Made by a program: the position numbers and the translations under genes
The notes under the pieces: model-generated
The model's input: only the letters and a program-made list of their open reading frames with translations
Told to the model about the DNA's origin: nothing
The model's database searches: none
Shown: positions 1 through 8,862 of the stretch, piece after piece
Numbering within the stretch: position 1 is the first letter of the stretch
Layout of the letters: every line of letters begins with the position of its first letter
NCBI GenBank assembly: GCA_052279835.1
Contig: CP181291.1
Coordinates: 64,001 to 128,000, forward strand
DNA: 64,000 nt
Direction: 5' to 3'
Source: Microcoleus sp.
Lineage (GTDB): Bacteria; Cyanobacteriota; Cyanobacteriia; Cyanobacteriales; Microcoleaceae

Positions 1-1119
1 TGTGACGGTGGGAATAATCGTAGTGCGCCAATCTTGCAGAAAAACAAAAATAACTATCACCACTAACAAGACTGCTTCAAACAGAGTTTTGACTACTTCT
101 GCCATCGACTCTTGGACAAATTGAGTCGTATCGAGTGCTGTTCTATGTATCACTCCGGGAGGGAAGTTTTTAGCTAATTTTTCCATTTCTGCTTTGACTG
201 CTTGGGCAACATTTAAAGCATTACTTCCGGGTAATTGGTAAATCCCTAAACCCACAGCGTCCTTACCTCGAAATCGCAGGAAAGAGTTATAATTTTCTGC
301 TCCTAATTCGGCTCGTCCGACATCTTTTAATTTAACTAAAGTTCCATTATTTTCGCTTTTAATAACGATGTTTTCAAATTCTTCCGGGCTTTTTAGACGA
401 CTTTCTGCACTCAAATCTATCTGATACATTTGCCCCTCTGGGGCTGGTTCTTGACCAATCCTTCCAACACCAACTTGCAAGTTTTGTTCGTTAATTGCTC
501 TTGTTACATCTTGCATTGTTAGATTGCGAGCAGCTAATTTATTGGGGTCTATCCACAAACGCATTGCATAGCGTCTTTCCCCAAAAATTCGCACGTCGCC
601 CACGCCTTTTACTCTCTTTAAAGTATCTGCTAAATAGAGGTCGGCGTAGTTGCTTAAAAATATGGTATCGTATTCTTTATTTTCGGTGAATAATCCTATA
701 GCCAGCAGCAGGCTGTTAGATTGTTTGGTAACTGTAACTCCTGTGCGTTGTACGGCATCTGGCAGTTGTGGCTGAGCAACTGCAACTCTATTTTGCACAT
801 CGACGGCGGCAATATCTTTGTCGCGGGAAGTATCAAAGGTGGCTGTAATGGTGCTAGTTCCACTGTTAGTGCTACTGGAAGTTAGATATTTCAGTCCTTC
901 AATGCCGTTGATTTGCCTTTCTAGGATGTTCGTAACTGCGTTTTCGACAACTTCGGCATTCGCACCGCTATAGTTGGCTGTGACGTTAATTTGGGTGGGG
1001 CTAATGTCGGGGAAGCGTTCGATCGGCAATGCGGGAATGCTGATTGCGCCTACCAGAACAATAATTAAGGCGCAGACGCTAGCAAAGACTGGTCGTTTGA
1101 TAAAGAAATCTGCAAACAT
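1..1119 (-). CDS. RND efflux transporter permease subunit (AcrB/HAE1 family), N-terminal part; continues beyond window start
   Basis: Not in the ORF track. Manual translation from ATG at 1119 gives MFADFFIKRPVFASVCALIIVLVGAISIPALPIERFPDISPTQINVTANYSGANAEVVENAVTNILERQINGIEG, the AcrB-type N-terminus. It lies downstream of a membrane fusion protein gene. Confidence 0.93.
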   Translation of the reverse strand, partial: MFADFFIKRPVFASVCALIIVLVGAISIPALPIERFPDISPTQINVTANYSGANAEVVENAVTNILERQINGIEGLKYLTSSSTNSGTSTITATFDTSRDKDIAAVDVQNRVAVAQPQLPDAVQRTGVTVTKQSNSLLLAIGLFTENKEYDTIFLSNYADLYLADTLKRVKGVGDVRIFGERRYAMRLWIDPNKLAARNLTMQDVTRAINEQNLQVGVGRIGQEPAPEGQMYQIDLSAESRLKSPEEFENIVIKSENNGTLVKLKDVGRAELGAENYNSFLRFRGKDAVGLGIYQLPGSNALNVAQAVKAEMEKLAKNFPPGVIHRTALDTTQFVQESMAEVVKTLFEAVLLVVIVIFVFLQDWRTTIIPTVT

Positions 1120-1376
1120 TATTTGGGTAATTGGTAGTTGCGGATGGCTAATTGCTAATGGCTAATTATTAATGACGATCGACATTTCAGGTTGAGTCAG
1201 TTTTAATTCCATCCCGTTCATTTTGAAAAATCCTGTAATATCAAGTCGATCGCGTTTAAGATATAGGTCGGGGCGGGTTTATGAGATTTCAAGTGTTTAT
1301 TGCAGATACTCGTGAACTCGCCCCTACGGTAATTAGGGTCAATCGACCGGACAGGATCTAAATCCTGACTCAGGCA

Positions 1377-3170
1377 TTAATTTTTGTCACCCGCTGGTAA
1401 TTTTGTGCTTTTATCTGTTCCGGCCTCTGGCTCTTGAACCATAATTGGAGCACCGTCCGTCAAGTTGAGAATGCCTGCTACCACAATTTTTTCCCCTGCT
1501 TGCAAACCTTCGGTAACTTGATAATTATTCCCCTCAATGCTTCCCAATTTCACGGACTTTTGGCGCGCTATTAAAGGTGGCATTCCCGGTTTTGGTTGTT
1601 CGGGCTTTTGAGCTGTGAAGACAAAAGTTTGCCCTCCTAAGCGAGTGACTGCTGTGACTGGAACTAAAATTCCGGGACTTTGTTTCCAGATGACTTTAGC
1701 TTTGACAAACTGGAGATTAAGCAGTGCGCCGCTGGGGTTGGGAAAAGTGGCTTTCGCTAAAATTGTTTGGGAATTGGCGCTGACGTTTGGGGAGATAAAA
1801 CTAATTTGACCTTGGGCGATCGCTTTACCTTGAGCATCGAGCATTTGTACTGGCAATCCTAAACGTAATTGAGGTTGCCGCTCTAAAGGAATGGATAACC
1901 GCAAGTCGAGTAATTGGTTCTCGGTTAAAGCAGTGAGTACATCGCCTTTTTTCAAATAGTCGCCCACTTTTACTGGTAAGTCGCCGATGACTCCTGCAAA
2001 GGGTGCGATGACAGCAGTTTCTTGAAGTTGTACCTCAAAGCCACGCACTTGAGCGGCGGCCTCGGCAACTTGCGCTTCAGCTTGATCTACCTGTTCTTGG
2101 CGCGTACCGTTGGCTAACTGGGCTAGTTTGCTCTTGGCTTGTGCGACTTCTGCTTCAGCTTTGGCTATTTCCTCTGGGCGCGAACCGTTTTGCAGTTGCC
2201 GCAAAGCTTGTTGCTGCTGTTGCAGGGCTGCTGTGCGCCGATCGATCTCGGCTTGTCTGTTCTTTTGCCGCTGCTCGAGGCGCCTTTGAGCTTCTCGGAG
2301 GTTGGCTTGGGCGGTGCTTTCTTTTTGGATGTATTCCTGGAGGGTGTTTGCGGATGTTGCGCCTTCTTTTGCCAAGGCCTGATATCTGGCAAGCTGCTGG
2401 TTGGCTAACTTGGCTTCGGCTGTGCTTGCTTCTATTTGCGCTCTTGCTTGGGCGATGTCTTCTAGCAGGCTGCCTGTTTGGGCATCGGCAAGCTCGGCTT
2501 GGGCTTGGGAAACGCGGGCTTGGGCTTGGCCAATTTCTTCGGGCCGAGAGCCCGATCGCAGTTGGGCGAGGTTGGCTTGGGCTTGGGCGACTTGGGCTTG
2601 AGCTTGGGCGATTTCTTCGGGCCTGCTGCCTGCTTGCAATTCGGCTAAGTGCGATCGAGCGCGGATCAGGTTGGCCTGGGATTGCCTCAAGTCAGCTTGG
2701 GCGCTGTCGCTTTTCATGCGGGCGATCGCTTGTCCTTTTTCTACAAAGTCCCCGGATTTGACAAAAATCTCCGTGACTAGCCCATCAATTTCCGGTTTGA
2801 TTTGAACTGAGCGTTTTGCCTCTAAGCTGCTGACAAACTCCGAGGCATCTTGGACTGAGCTGGTGTCAACGGCTGCGATCTTGACTGGTATGGCTTTGGG
2901 TTGGGCTGCCGCTGCCTGTTGCTGTGAGCGATTGTGGCCCGATTGCCACGAGTACCAGCCGAATCCTGCGGCACCTGCCAAGAGCGCGATCGCCGCAATT
3001 AGGGGCCAGCGCGATCGTGGTTTACCGGGGCGGGGGCGATCGGCAATCGCGGGAACATCGTACAGTCGATCGTTGTCTGCATCGGTTGTGGGAACTTCCG
3101 GTGTAGGAAACTTTTGCTCTTGAGCCTCAACCACGGATTCAGGAGATTTAGAATAACTCATTTGCACCAC
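1377..3170 (-). CDS. RND efflux periplasmic adaptor (membrane fusion protein) with extended coiled-coil hairpin
   Basis: N-terminal TM segment; lipoyl half-motifs (IKPEIDGLVTEIFVKSGDFVEKGQ; IAPFAGVIGDLPVKVGDYL); repeated GSRPEEIAQAQA units; adjacent to the RND permease. Confidence 0.92.
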   Translation of the reverse strand: MVQMSYSKSPESVVEAQEQKFPTPEVPTTDADNDRLYDVPAIADRPRPGKPRSRWPLIAAIALLAGAAGFGWYSWQSGHNRSQQQAAAAQPKAIPVKIAAVDTSSVQDASEFVSSLEAKRSVQIKPEIDGLVTEIFVKSGDFVEKGQAIARMKSDSAQADLRQSQANLIRARSHLAELQAGSRPEEIAQAQAQVAQAQANLAQLRSGSRPEEIGQAQARVSQAQAELADAQTGSLLEDIAQARAQIEASTAEAKLANQQLARYQALAKEGATSANTLQEYIQKESTAQANLREAQRRLEQRQKNRQAEIDRRTAALQQQQQALRQLQNGSRPEEIAKAEAEVAQAKSKLAQLANGTRQEQVDQAEAQVAEAAAQVRGFEVQLQETAVIAPFAGVIGDLPVKVGDYLKKGDVLTALTENQLLDLRLSIPLERQPQLRLGLPVQMLDAQGKAIAQGQISFISPNVSANSQTILAKATFPNPSGALLNLQFVKAKVIWKQSPGILVPVTAVTRLGGQTFVFTAQKPEQPKPGMPPLIARQKSVKLGSIEGNNYQVTEGLQAGEKIVVAGILNLTDGAPIMVQEPEAGTDKSTKLPAGDKN

Positions 3171-3337
3171 CAGTTAGGTTTTTTAACATCGGACTTAGCC
3201 CAGCCTGGGCGCGATCGTTTTTAGGAAACTTTTTTGTTATCTCTCAAAAGTTATGGTAGGCAAGGATGATTGCACATCCTTCTGATGACTCACTGGAGTG
3301 GGCAACGTGGAGAGATTTTGGCTTTCCCAAGGTAGAT

Positions 3338-3892
3338 TCAGAGAAAGTTGGGGGAGTCCCGTCCGCCTGCGATCGCACTTTTTTCTTTGGCTAGTTGCTC
3401 GGTTAACCACTCTATCTCTAACGCCAGCACTGACTTGCAGCGATCGCGAGAGGCAAATTGATAGTCGTTGGTTAGTTGATATTCGTTCTTGAGGCTTTCG
3501 ATGTAGTCTTGCCGGATGTAACAGACTCGCAAGCGGTGTTCCAACAATTTCAGCCGTTCTGCGGGTTCTAAGTCGCCAAAAAAGAAAAACTTGATTTGGA
3601 ACCTGGAACCGCTGTTAACCCAGCTTTCTTGAGGGTGTTCGAGCATTTTTTGCCGCCAGCGATCGCGCCCAGACGGTGTAATCCCGTAAATTTTGCGCGG
3701 ACATCCGGCATCTCCGGCTTCTTCAGCAATTACCGCAATCGCCCCTCGCTCTTCCAAGCGCTTCAGCAGCGGGTAAATTGCTCCGTAGTTGACGCTGATG
3801 TAACTGCTCATAAACAGCTCCAGTAGTTGCTTTAGGCGATAGCCGTGCAGGGGTTGCCACTGTAGCAGCCCGAGGGCTGATAATTCAAGCAT
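3338..3892 (-). CDS. PadR-family transcriptional regulator
   Basis: LGLL..PLHGYRLKQ...GAIYPLLKRLEERG...RKIYGITPSG PadR wHTH signature; heads the efflux operon. Confidence 0.9.
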   Translation of the reverse strand: MLELSALGLLQWQPLHGYRLKQLLELFMSSYISVNYGAIYPLLKRLEERGAIAVIAEEAGDAGCPRKIYGITPSGRDRWRQKMLEHPQESWVNSGSRFQIKFFFFGDLEPAERLKLLEHRLRVCYIRQDYIESLKNEYQLTNDYQFASRDRCKSVLALEIEWLTEQLAKEKSAIAGGRDSPNFL

Positions 3893-3894
3893 TT

Positions 3895-3909
3895 ATATCA
3901 GACTGATAT
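3895..3909. promoter_or_regulatory. Perfect inverted repeat ATATCAG-A-CTGATAT abutting the padR start codon; candidate PadR autoregulatory operator
   Basis: Palindrome seen directly; near-copy TATATCTGACT at 3933-3943. Confidence 0.45.
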
Positions 3910-4139
3910 TATAAGATAGATTATGAGACAAGTATATCTGACTCAAGGACGATATTCCATCCAGAGGTTTGGGTCTGCCCGACCGTACCCAATCCCAGAT
4001 GTAGGATATTTTTAGTTTCTCGATAAATAGGCAGTTCGTCCACGCGGATCTCAAACGGCTCCACCATCTCTGGAGTTGCATAAATCCGCAGTTTGGCATC
4101 TGGAGAAAACAGTGCCATCAAATTGCCCAAGGTTACAAC

Positions 4140-4394
4140 ATGGTTGAGCACTTGCCAATTCGTGGCGCGATCGGGGCAAACAATTCGTTTCATCGATCGC
4201 AGCTTCCAACAGATCTTCAACTTCGTCAGCAAATCGTCACCGCTCGAAAAAGTCTGCAATTGAGCCAGAGAGACTTAGCAACCCATATTGGCAAAAGTCA
4301 AAGTTGGGTTCGCGATATTGAGAGCGGTCGCCTCCAAGTAGGTTTCAAAGAGCAGCAACTGTTATTAAAAGTATTGGGTTTGATGCCAGTTTAA
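4140..4394 (+). CDS. Small XRE-family helix-turn-helix protein (possibly a C-terminal gene remnant)
   Basis: IVTARKSLQLSQRDLATHIGKSQSWVRDIESGR is an HTH_3 pattern; start uncertain. Confidence 0.6.
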   Translation: MVEHLPIRGAIGANNSFHRSQLPTDLQLRQQIVTARKSLQLSQRDLATHIGKSQSWVRDIESGRLQVGFKEQQLLLKVLGLMPV

Positions 4395-4432
4395 GGAGAA
4401 GATTAATCATTCTGATACCAACGGATTTGATA

Positions 4433-5260
4433 TTAGGCATCGCCTGTTTGTTTAGCCACGATTTTTTTAGCTTGCTGCCAAATTGCCTCTAACTCTGCCA
4501 CCGGATAATCAGATAAAGGTCGATCGCACTGTCCTTCAACTAAGGCAAACCGATCCACAAACCGCTGATTTGTCCCCTGCAAAGCCGCCGACGGGTCTAA
4601 ACCATACCAGCGAGCCAATTGGATTAACACAAACATAATATCTCCCAATTCCGACTCCTGGGCTGCTTTATCCTCATGTTTGAGCGCGTGTTCAAATTCA
4701 GCCATTTCTTCGTGAAATTTATCCCAAACACCATCCACAGTGTCCCAATCAAAACTCGCTTCCGCAGCTTTTTGAGAGATTTTCATCCCGGCGGCGATCG
4801 GAGGCAAAGTGCTGGCATAACGGCTCATTTTCGATGCGAAAGTTGGCGGTTTTTCAGCAGTTTCGCCTTTTTCAGCGGCTTTGATTTTTTCCCAGTTTTC
4901 GTTGACTTCATCGACGCTGTTGAGTTCGACATCGCCGAAAACGTGGGGATGTCGCCGAATTAGTTTTTCTGTAATCCCATTGGCGATTTCTGCGAGGGTA
5001 AATTGATCGGAGTCGCTGGCAATTTGAGCTTGGAGGACTACTTGCAATAGTAAGTCGCCCAATTCTTCGGCGATCGCCTCTTGGTCTTGGCGACGAATGG
5101 CATCGACAGTTTCGTAAGCTTCTTCAATAATATGGGGAATGAGAGTTTGGGGTGTTTGGGCTAAATCCCAGGGACATCCGCCCTTGGGGTCGCGCAATTT
5201 GGCTACAACTTCGATTAACTGTGCTAGTGCTATGAGCGATCGACTTTGAGAATCAGACAT
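4433..5260 (-). CDS. mazG: Nucleoside triphosphate pyrophosphohydrolase MazG
   Basis: LRDPKGGCPWDLAQT, EEAYE, EELGDLLLQV, KLIRRHPHVF; tandem MazG domains. Confidence 0.95.
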   Translation of the reverse strand: MSDSQSRSLIALAQLIEVVAKLRDPKGGCPWDLAQTPQTLIPHIIEEAYETVDAIRRQDQEAIAEELGDLLLQVVLQAQIASDSDQFTLAEIANGITEKLIRRHPHVFGDVELNSVDEVNENWEKIKAAEKGETAEKPPTFASKMSRYASTLPPIAAGMKISQKAAEASFDWDTVDGVWDKFHEEMAEFEHALKHEDKAAQESELGDIMFVLIQLARWYGLDPSAALQGTNQRFVDRFALVEGQCDRPLSDYPVAELEAIWQQAKKIVAKQTGDA

Positions 5261-5292
5261 GATCGTAATTTACCTGTAAGAGCAACCTTCTC

Positions 5293-5414
5293 GGGAGCAT
5301 CCCGATTTTGCATAGGCGAAGCATGACCGCAGAAAATTTATTAGTGATAACGAGAGATTTACAGCGGTCATGCTTCGCCCCTACGAATATATTTGCACTC
5401 ATTGAGATGCACCC
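5293..5414 (+). mobile_element. MITE (~122 bp), copy 1
   Basis: Terminal inverted repeats GGGAGCATCCC / GAGATGCACCC; internal palindrome GCGAAGCATGACCGC...GCGGTCATGCTTCGC; flanked by ACCTTCTC / ACCTTCAA (6 of 8 match); reverse-complement copy at 40291-40413. Confidence 0.75.
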
Positions 5415-5461
5415 ACCTTCAAAGGCGCCGAGGACGTTGTTATTGACGCAAACAATTAATT

Positions 5462-6094
5462 TTATTGCTTCTTCCTTTTTCCTGCTTGCTTCTTGTTGCT
5501 TCCTGGTACTAGAGATTTACTAGATTTGCGGATGGGAGCTTTGCGTTTGCGCACCTTGATTGTCTCAGGAGGATGCAGCCGGCTCAATCCAGTTTTTTTG
5601 AATCTTTTGTAAGCAGAGCCTCCCCAATCGCTCAGATAGTGGCTCATAGCGCCAAATTCTAGACCGATGTAAACAGCTAATAATTCGATCGGGTGTTTGG
5701 CGATCGAGTGCCAGTAACTTAAAAGCACTTGCTGCCAGTTCCCGGTTTGGTTTCCGACTGTTTGAGTAATCGCCAACCCAAATATCCCCACAACTCCGAT
5801 CCAGGTAGCGAGGTACAAGATACGCACAGCAGTGCCGATCAAAGGGCCGTGGGACAGCCAAGAGCGGTGGCGCAGCCTTTTTTGGTAGGGTAGCCAAATC
5901 AGCTTGAACCATCCCCAGCGCTGATACTGACAGGAGTAGATATCCAAGTCGGGGCCGAACATCAGCCCGCCGAATAAAAAGCTGCCGGAAACTAGCAAAG
6001 TTAGATGGCTGCTGCGAGTCTGGCCAAGGGTAAGGGCTGCGACAAAGGGCAAACTCCATAGTGTGATGCGATCGTGGGTACGGCCAGAGGGCAT
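5462..6094 (-). CDS. Putative metal-binding membrane protein (DUF2227-like)
   Basis: MPSGRTHDRIT...GPDLDI...HRSWLSHGPLIGT...SHYLSD motifs. Confidence 0.8.
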   Translation of the reverse strand: MPSGRTHDRITLWSLPFVAALTLGQTRSSHLTLLVSGSFLFGGLMFGPDLDIYSCQYQRWGWFKLIWLPYQKRLRHRSWLSHGPLIGTAVRILYLATWIGVVGIFGLAITQTVGNQTGNWQQVLLSYWHSIAKHPIELLAVYIGLEFGAMSHYLSDWGGSAYKRFKKTGLSRLHPPETIKVRKRKAPIRKSSKSLVPGSNKKQAGKRKKQ

Positions 6095-6165
6095 TTAAAA
6101 GTTTAGATTTTTTTACTTGATTTTTTTGGAATACTCTGATATCATAAATTCTTGTGAGTGCAATT

Positions 6166-6237
6166 GGGTGATTAGCTCAGTGGTAGAGCGCCTGCTTTAC
6201 ACGCAGGATGCCGTAGGTTCAAATCCTACATTACCCA
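6166..6237 (+). tRNA. trnV: tRNA-Val(TAC)
   Basis: Cloverleaf: GGGTGAT/ATTACCC acceptor stem, GCTC/GAGC D-stem, CCTGC-TT-TAC-AC-GCAGG anticodon arm, GTAGG-TTCAAAT-CCTAC T-arm; no encoded CCA. Confidence 0.96.
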
Positions 6238-6408
6238 TCAATTTGATACTAAGAACGGTCAACAGGAAAGTCTCGGTACTTGCTCCTCCACAAATTGACC
6301 AACTGGTGTAAGTGACTCCAACACAGAAGAAGGTTCTGGTGTTGGAGTTTTTATGACAGTCCTGGATGCAAAAAACCCGGTTTCTTGGAAAAATCGTGGC
6401 TATCTCGT

Positions 6409-6708
6409 CTGATATCAATTCCGGTTGTATCGGAATGATTTAACCGCGAAGGCGCTAAGGACGACCCCCCCCTGCCCCCCCCAAGGGGGGAAAGAGGAAG
6501 AGAAGAGAGAGTTTAATACAGGACGATGAAGAGAGGATTTTGTATGAGATATTGACGCAGAAACCGGGTTTTTGACCCCCCGTGGGTTCAGGAGTGTATC
6601 ATATCAAATCCGTTGACATCGGAATTATGATTTCTCTCTTCTCTTTCTCTGTGTCCTCTGTGTTCTAGTAAGGTTTAATCATTCCGATACAAAAGGAAAC
6701 GATATCAG
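6409..6708. repeat. Composite dispersed-repeat/MITE-like cluster bounded by ~30-bp inverted repeats
   Basis: GATATCAATTCCGGTTGTATCGGAATGATT (6411-6440) is inverted relative to AATCATTCCGATACAAAAGGAAACGATATC (6677-6706). Related ends occur at 4405-4433 and 6601. A C/G-rich palindrome lies at 6465-6492. Confidence 0.6.
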
Positions 6709-6744
6709 CTATAAGTCCACTCACCGCAGTCGCAGTACAACAGA

Positions 6745-8676
6745 CTATCGAAAAGCTGTTCTCGGAACTCTAGCTAGTTGGTAAGCACCACGAGTATCCA
6801 GCAGTTGATATTCATTTGGCTGCAATCCAAATTTCACAAATTTGTCTGGATATCCTAAAACCAAAATAGACGGAGAACTTTGATTTTTAGATTCTTCAAT
6901 GTAGTCGATCGCACCTTTGGGCAGTCGGTAATAAGTCACCGGTAAATGCGAATAAAAAACTACACTAGGTTTGGCAAAACCAATCATCATAAACTCTTCC
7001 CCAGGCAATTTTTGTTGAACGGCAACCCGTGCTAATTCTCGCAGAGGTAACTGACGGTTGAGATCGACTAAATTGTAGGCGGGAGTTAAACCAAAGATGA
7101 TAAATGCTACCAATCCGATGAAGTTAGCAACCAAAATCCAGCGTTGCTGCCGCTGCCATAGTAAAAGAGCGATCGCCACCGCCGTAACTATCCAAATCCC
7201 ACCGCCGACAATCAACAAACCAGACTCTTGAAGTGCTTGGGGAAAATTTGGCATAGCTGGATCGTCTCCTAGCCAGTGGTAGGAGTATAAAGTTGCTCCA
7301 GCGATGATTAATAAAAATACGACATTGACAACGTAGGTAATTAATAGTCCTCTGGGTAAAGAATTCGGTGGTGTTTCTAACTTTCCCCGCCTGGTTTCTG
7401 TTGCTTTTTCTGCAATGATATCGCTCCACAACAGCGTTACCAAAATCGCCGAGGCAGGCATTAAAGGCAATACATAACTGGGCAATTTGGTCACGGCGAT
7501 CGTGAAAAAGCCAAAAATGCAGAGGAACCAAAACATGGCAAATAAACTTAACTGTGCCGATCGAGGTTGACGTCGCCAGTAAGTACGCTGCCAAAAACGG
7601 GTGCGGGCGATCGCCACGGGCAAATAAATCGACCAAGGCGCAAAACCCACTAACACTACAAAAAAGTAAAAATACCAAGGTGCCGAGTGTCGATTCACAA
7701 CTCCAGTAAAACGCTGGAAATTGTGATATCCAAAAAAGCTGTCAATATAAGTTTCACCGTTGGCTAAAATAACCAGAATGTACCAAGGTAGGGCGATCGC
7801 CAGAATAATTAAGATTCCAGACACCGGACGCATTTCCCGCCAAAGTTGTCGAAAATTACCTAAATAAAGGCTGAAGCAACCAATAATCAGGGCTGGCAAC
7901 ACAATTCCCACAGGGCCCTTAGTCAAAATTGCTAAGGCAATTAGTACATAAAAAGAGAGATACCACGGATTGGGAAATCGGGAAGCAGAAACGGTGGAAA
8001 ATTCTGCCGATTGCTTCTTTTCTTCTAGGGTATATCCCAGGAAAAAGGTGAGGAGTGCCGAACACATACAGCCGGTAAGGAGCATATCTGAAACCCCAGT
8101 CCTTCCCCAGGCAATAGTTTCGGGATTTAATGCTATGAGGGCAGCACCAATCCAAGGTGCAGAAAGAAACAGAGGAATACCCCCAGAGGAGGAGAGGGGG
8201 AAATTATGGGGAGAGTCAGAGAATTTTTCTTCTGCCTCATTCCTGATGACTTCTGCCTCATTCCTGATGACTTGTGACCACGATTGGGATAGGGTATAGA
8301 ATCCCAGACAGGTGATACATATTCCCGCTAGGGCCGAGGGAATACGGACAGCCCATTCGTTAACGCCGATCGCCCGATAGGCCAGCGCCATCAGCCAGTA
8401 AACCAACGGTGGCTTGTCAAACCTGGTATCGCCGTTAAAATAGGGGGTGATGAAATCACCAGTGACGGTCATTTGGCGAGCGGCTTCAGCAAACAACGGT
8501 TCGGTTTCGTCAACTAAACCAATATTGCCCAGATTCCAGAGAAAAGCCACCCCAGCGATCGCGCACAGCCATAATAGGGATAACAGCAAAGGTGCGATCG
8601 AGTGCTTCCTTTGATATTCTGACGAACTTTTAATAACTTCCTTCACCCGAAACTTCCTGCGATTTGAGATTTTCAA
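6745..8676 (-). CDS. ArnT/PMT-like membrane glycosyltransferase (GT39/GT83)
   Basis: GLVDETEPLFAEAARQM...RFDKPPLVYW...LTKGPVG...TKLPSYVLP; multi-TM; start codon uncertain. Confidence 0.88.
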   Translation of the reverse strand: MKISNRRKFRVKEVIKSSSEYQRKHSIAPLLLSLLWLCAIAGVAFLWNLGNIGLVDETEPLFAEAARQMTVTGDFITPYFNGDTRFDKPPLVYWLMALAYRAIGVNEWAVRIPSALAGICITCLGFYTLSQSWSQVIRNEAEVIRNEAEEKFSDSPHNFPLSSSGGIPLFLSAPWIGAALIALNPETIAWGRTGVSDMLLTGCMCSALLTFFLGYTLEEKKQSAEFSTVSASRFPNPWYLSFYVLIALAILTKGPVGIVLPALIIGCFSLYLGNFRQLWREMRPVSGILIILAIALPWYILVILANGETYIDSFFGYHNFQRFTGVVNRHSAPWYFYFFVVLVGFAPWSIYLPVAIARTRFWQRTYWRRQPRSAQLSLFAMFWFLCIFGFFTIAVTKLPSYVLPLMPASAILVTLLWSDIIAEKATETRRGKLETPPNSLPRGLLITYVVNVVFLLIIAGATLYSYHWLGDDPAMPNFPQALQESGLLIVGGGIWIVTAVAIALLLWQRQQRWILVANFIGLVAFIIFGLTPAYNLVDLNRQLPLRELARVAVQQKLPGEEFMMIGFAKPSVVFYSHLPVTYYRLPKGAIDYIEESKNQSSPSILVLGYPDKFVKFGLQPNEYQLLDTRGAYQLARVPRTAFR

Positions 8677-8862
8677 TTTTAGCCCGCTCTCAAGTTTATC
8701 GAAAGATTCGCCTTCTCAAGACTAGAAATTATATCAAATCAAGTTAAATAAACCCCAGATTTCTAGGGAAACGGAAGGGGCTGTTGCTATCAACCATCCC
8801 CCTGGGCCTAGAAAAATCTAGTTTAGAGCCTTTACTGCTCGTCCGTTCCCAGATTTCTCCGG

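Noticed and set aside
2139..3123. Several plus-strand ORFs
   Set aside because: Antisense shadows of the repetitive membrane fusion protein gene
3921..4259. 112-aa minus-strand ORF upstream of padR
   Set aside because: No recognisable domain, and it overlaps the better-supported XRE ORF on the opposite strand; cannot be supported
6166..6745. Genomic island or prophage integrated at tRNA-Val
   Set aside because: No integrase, and no duplicated tRNA 3' end seen in the window
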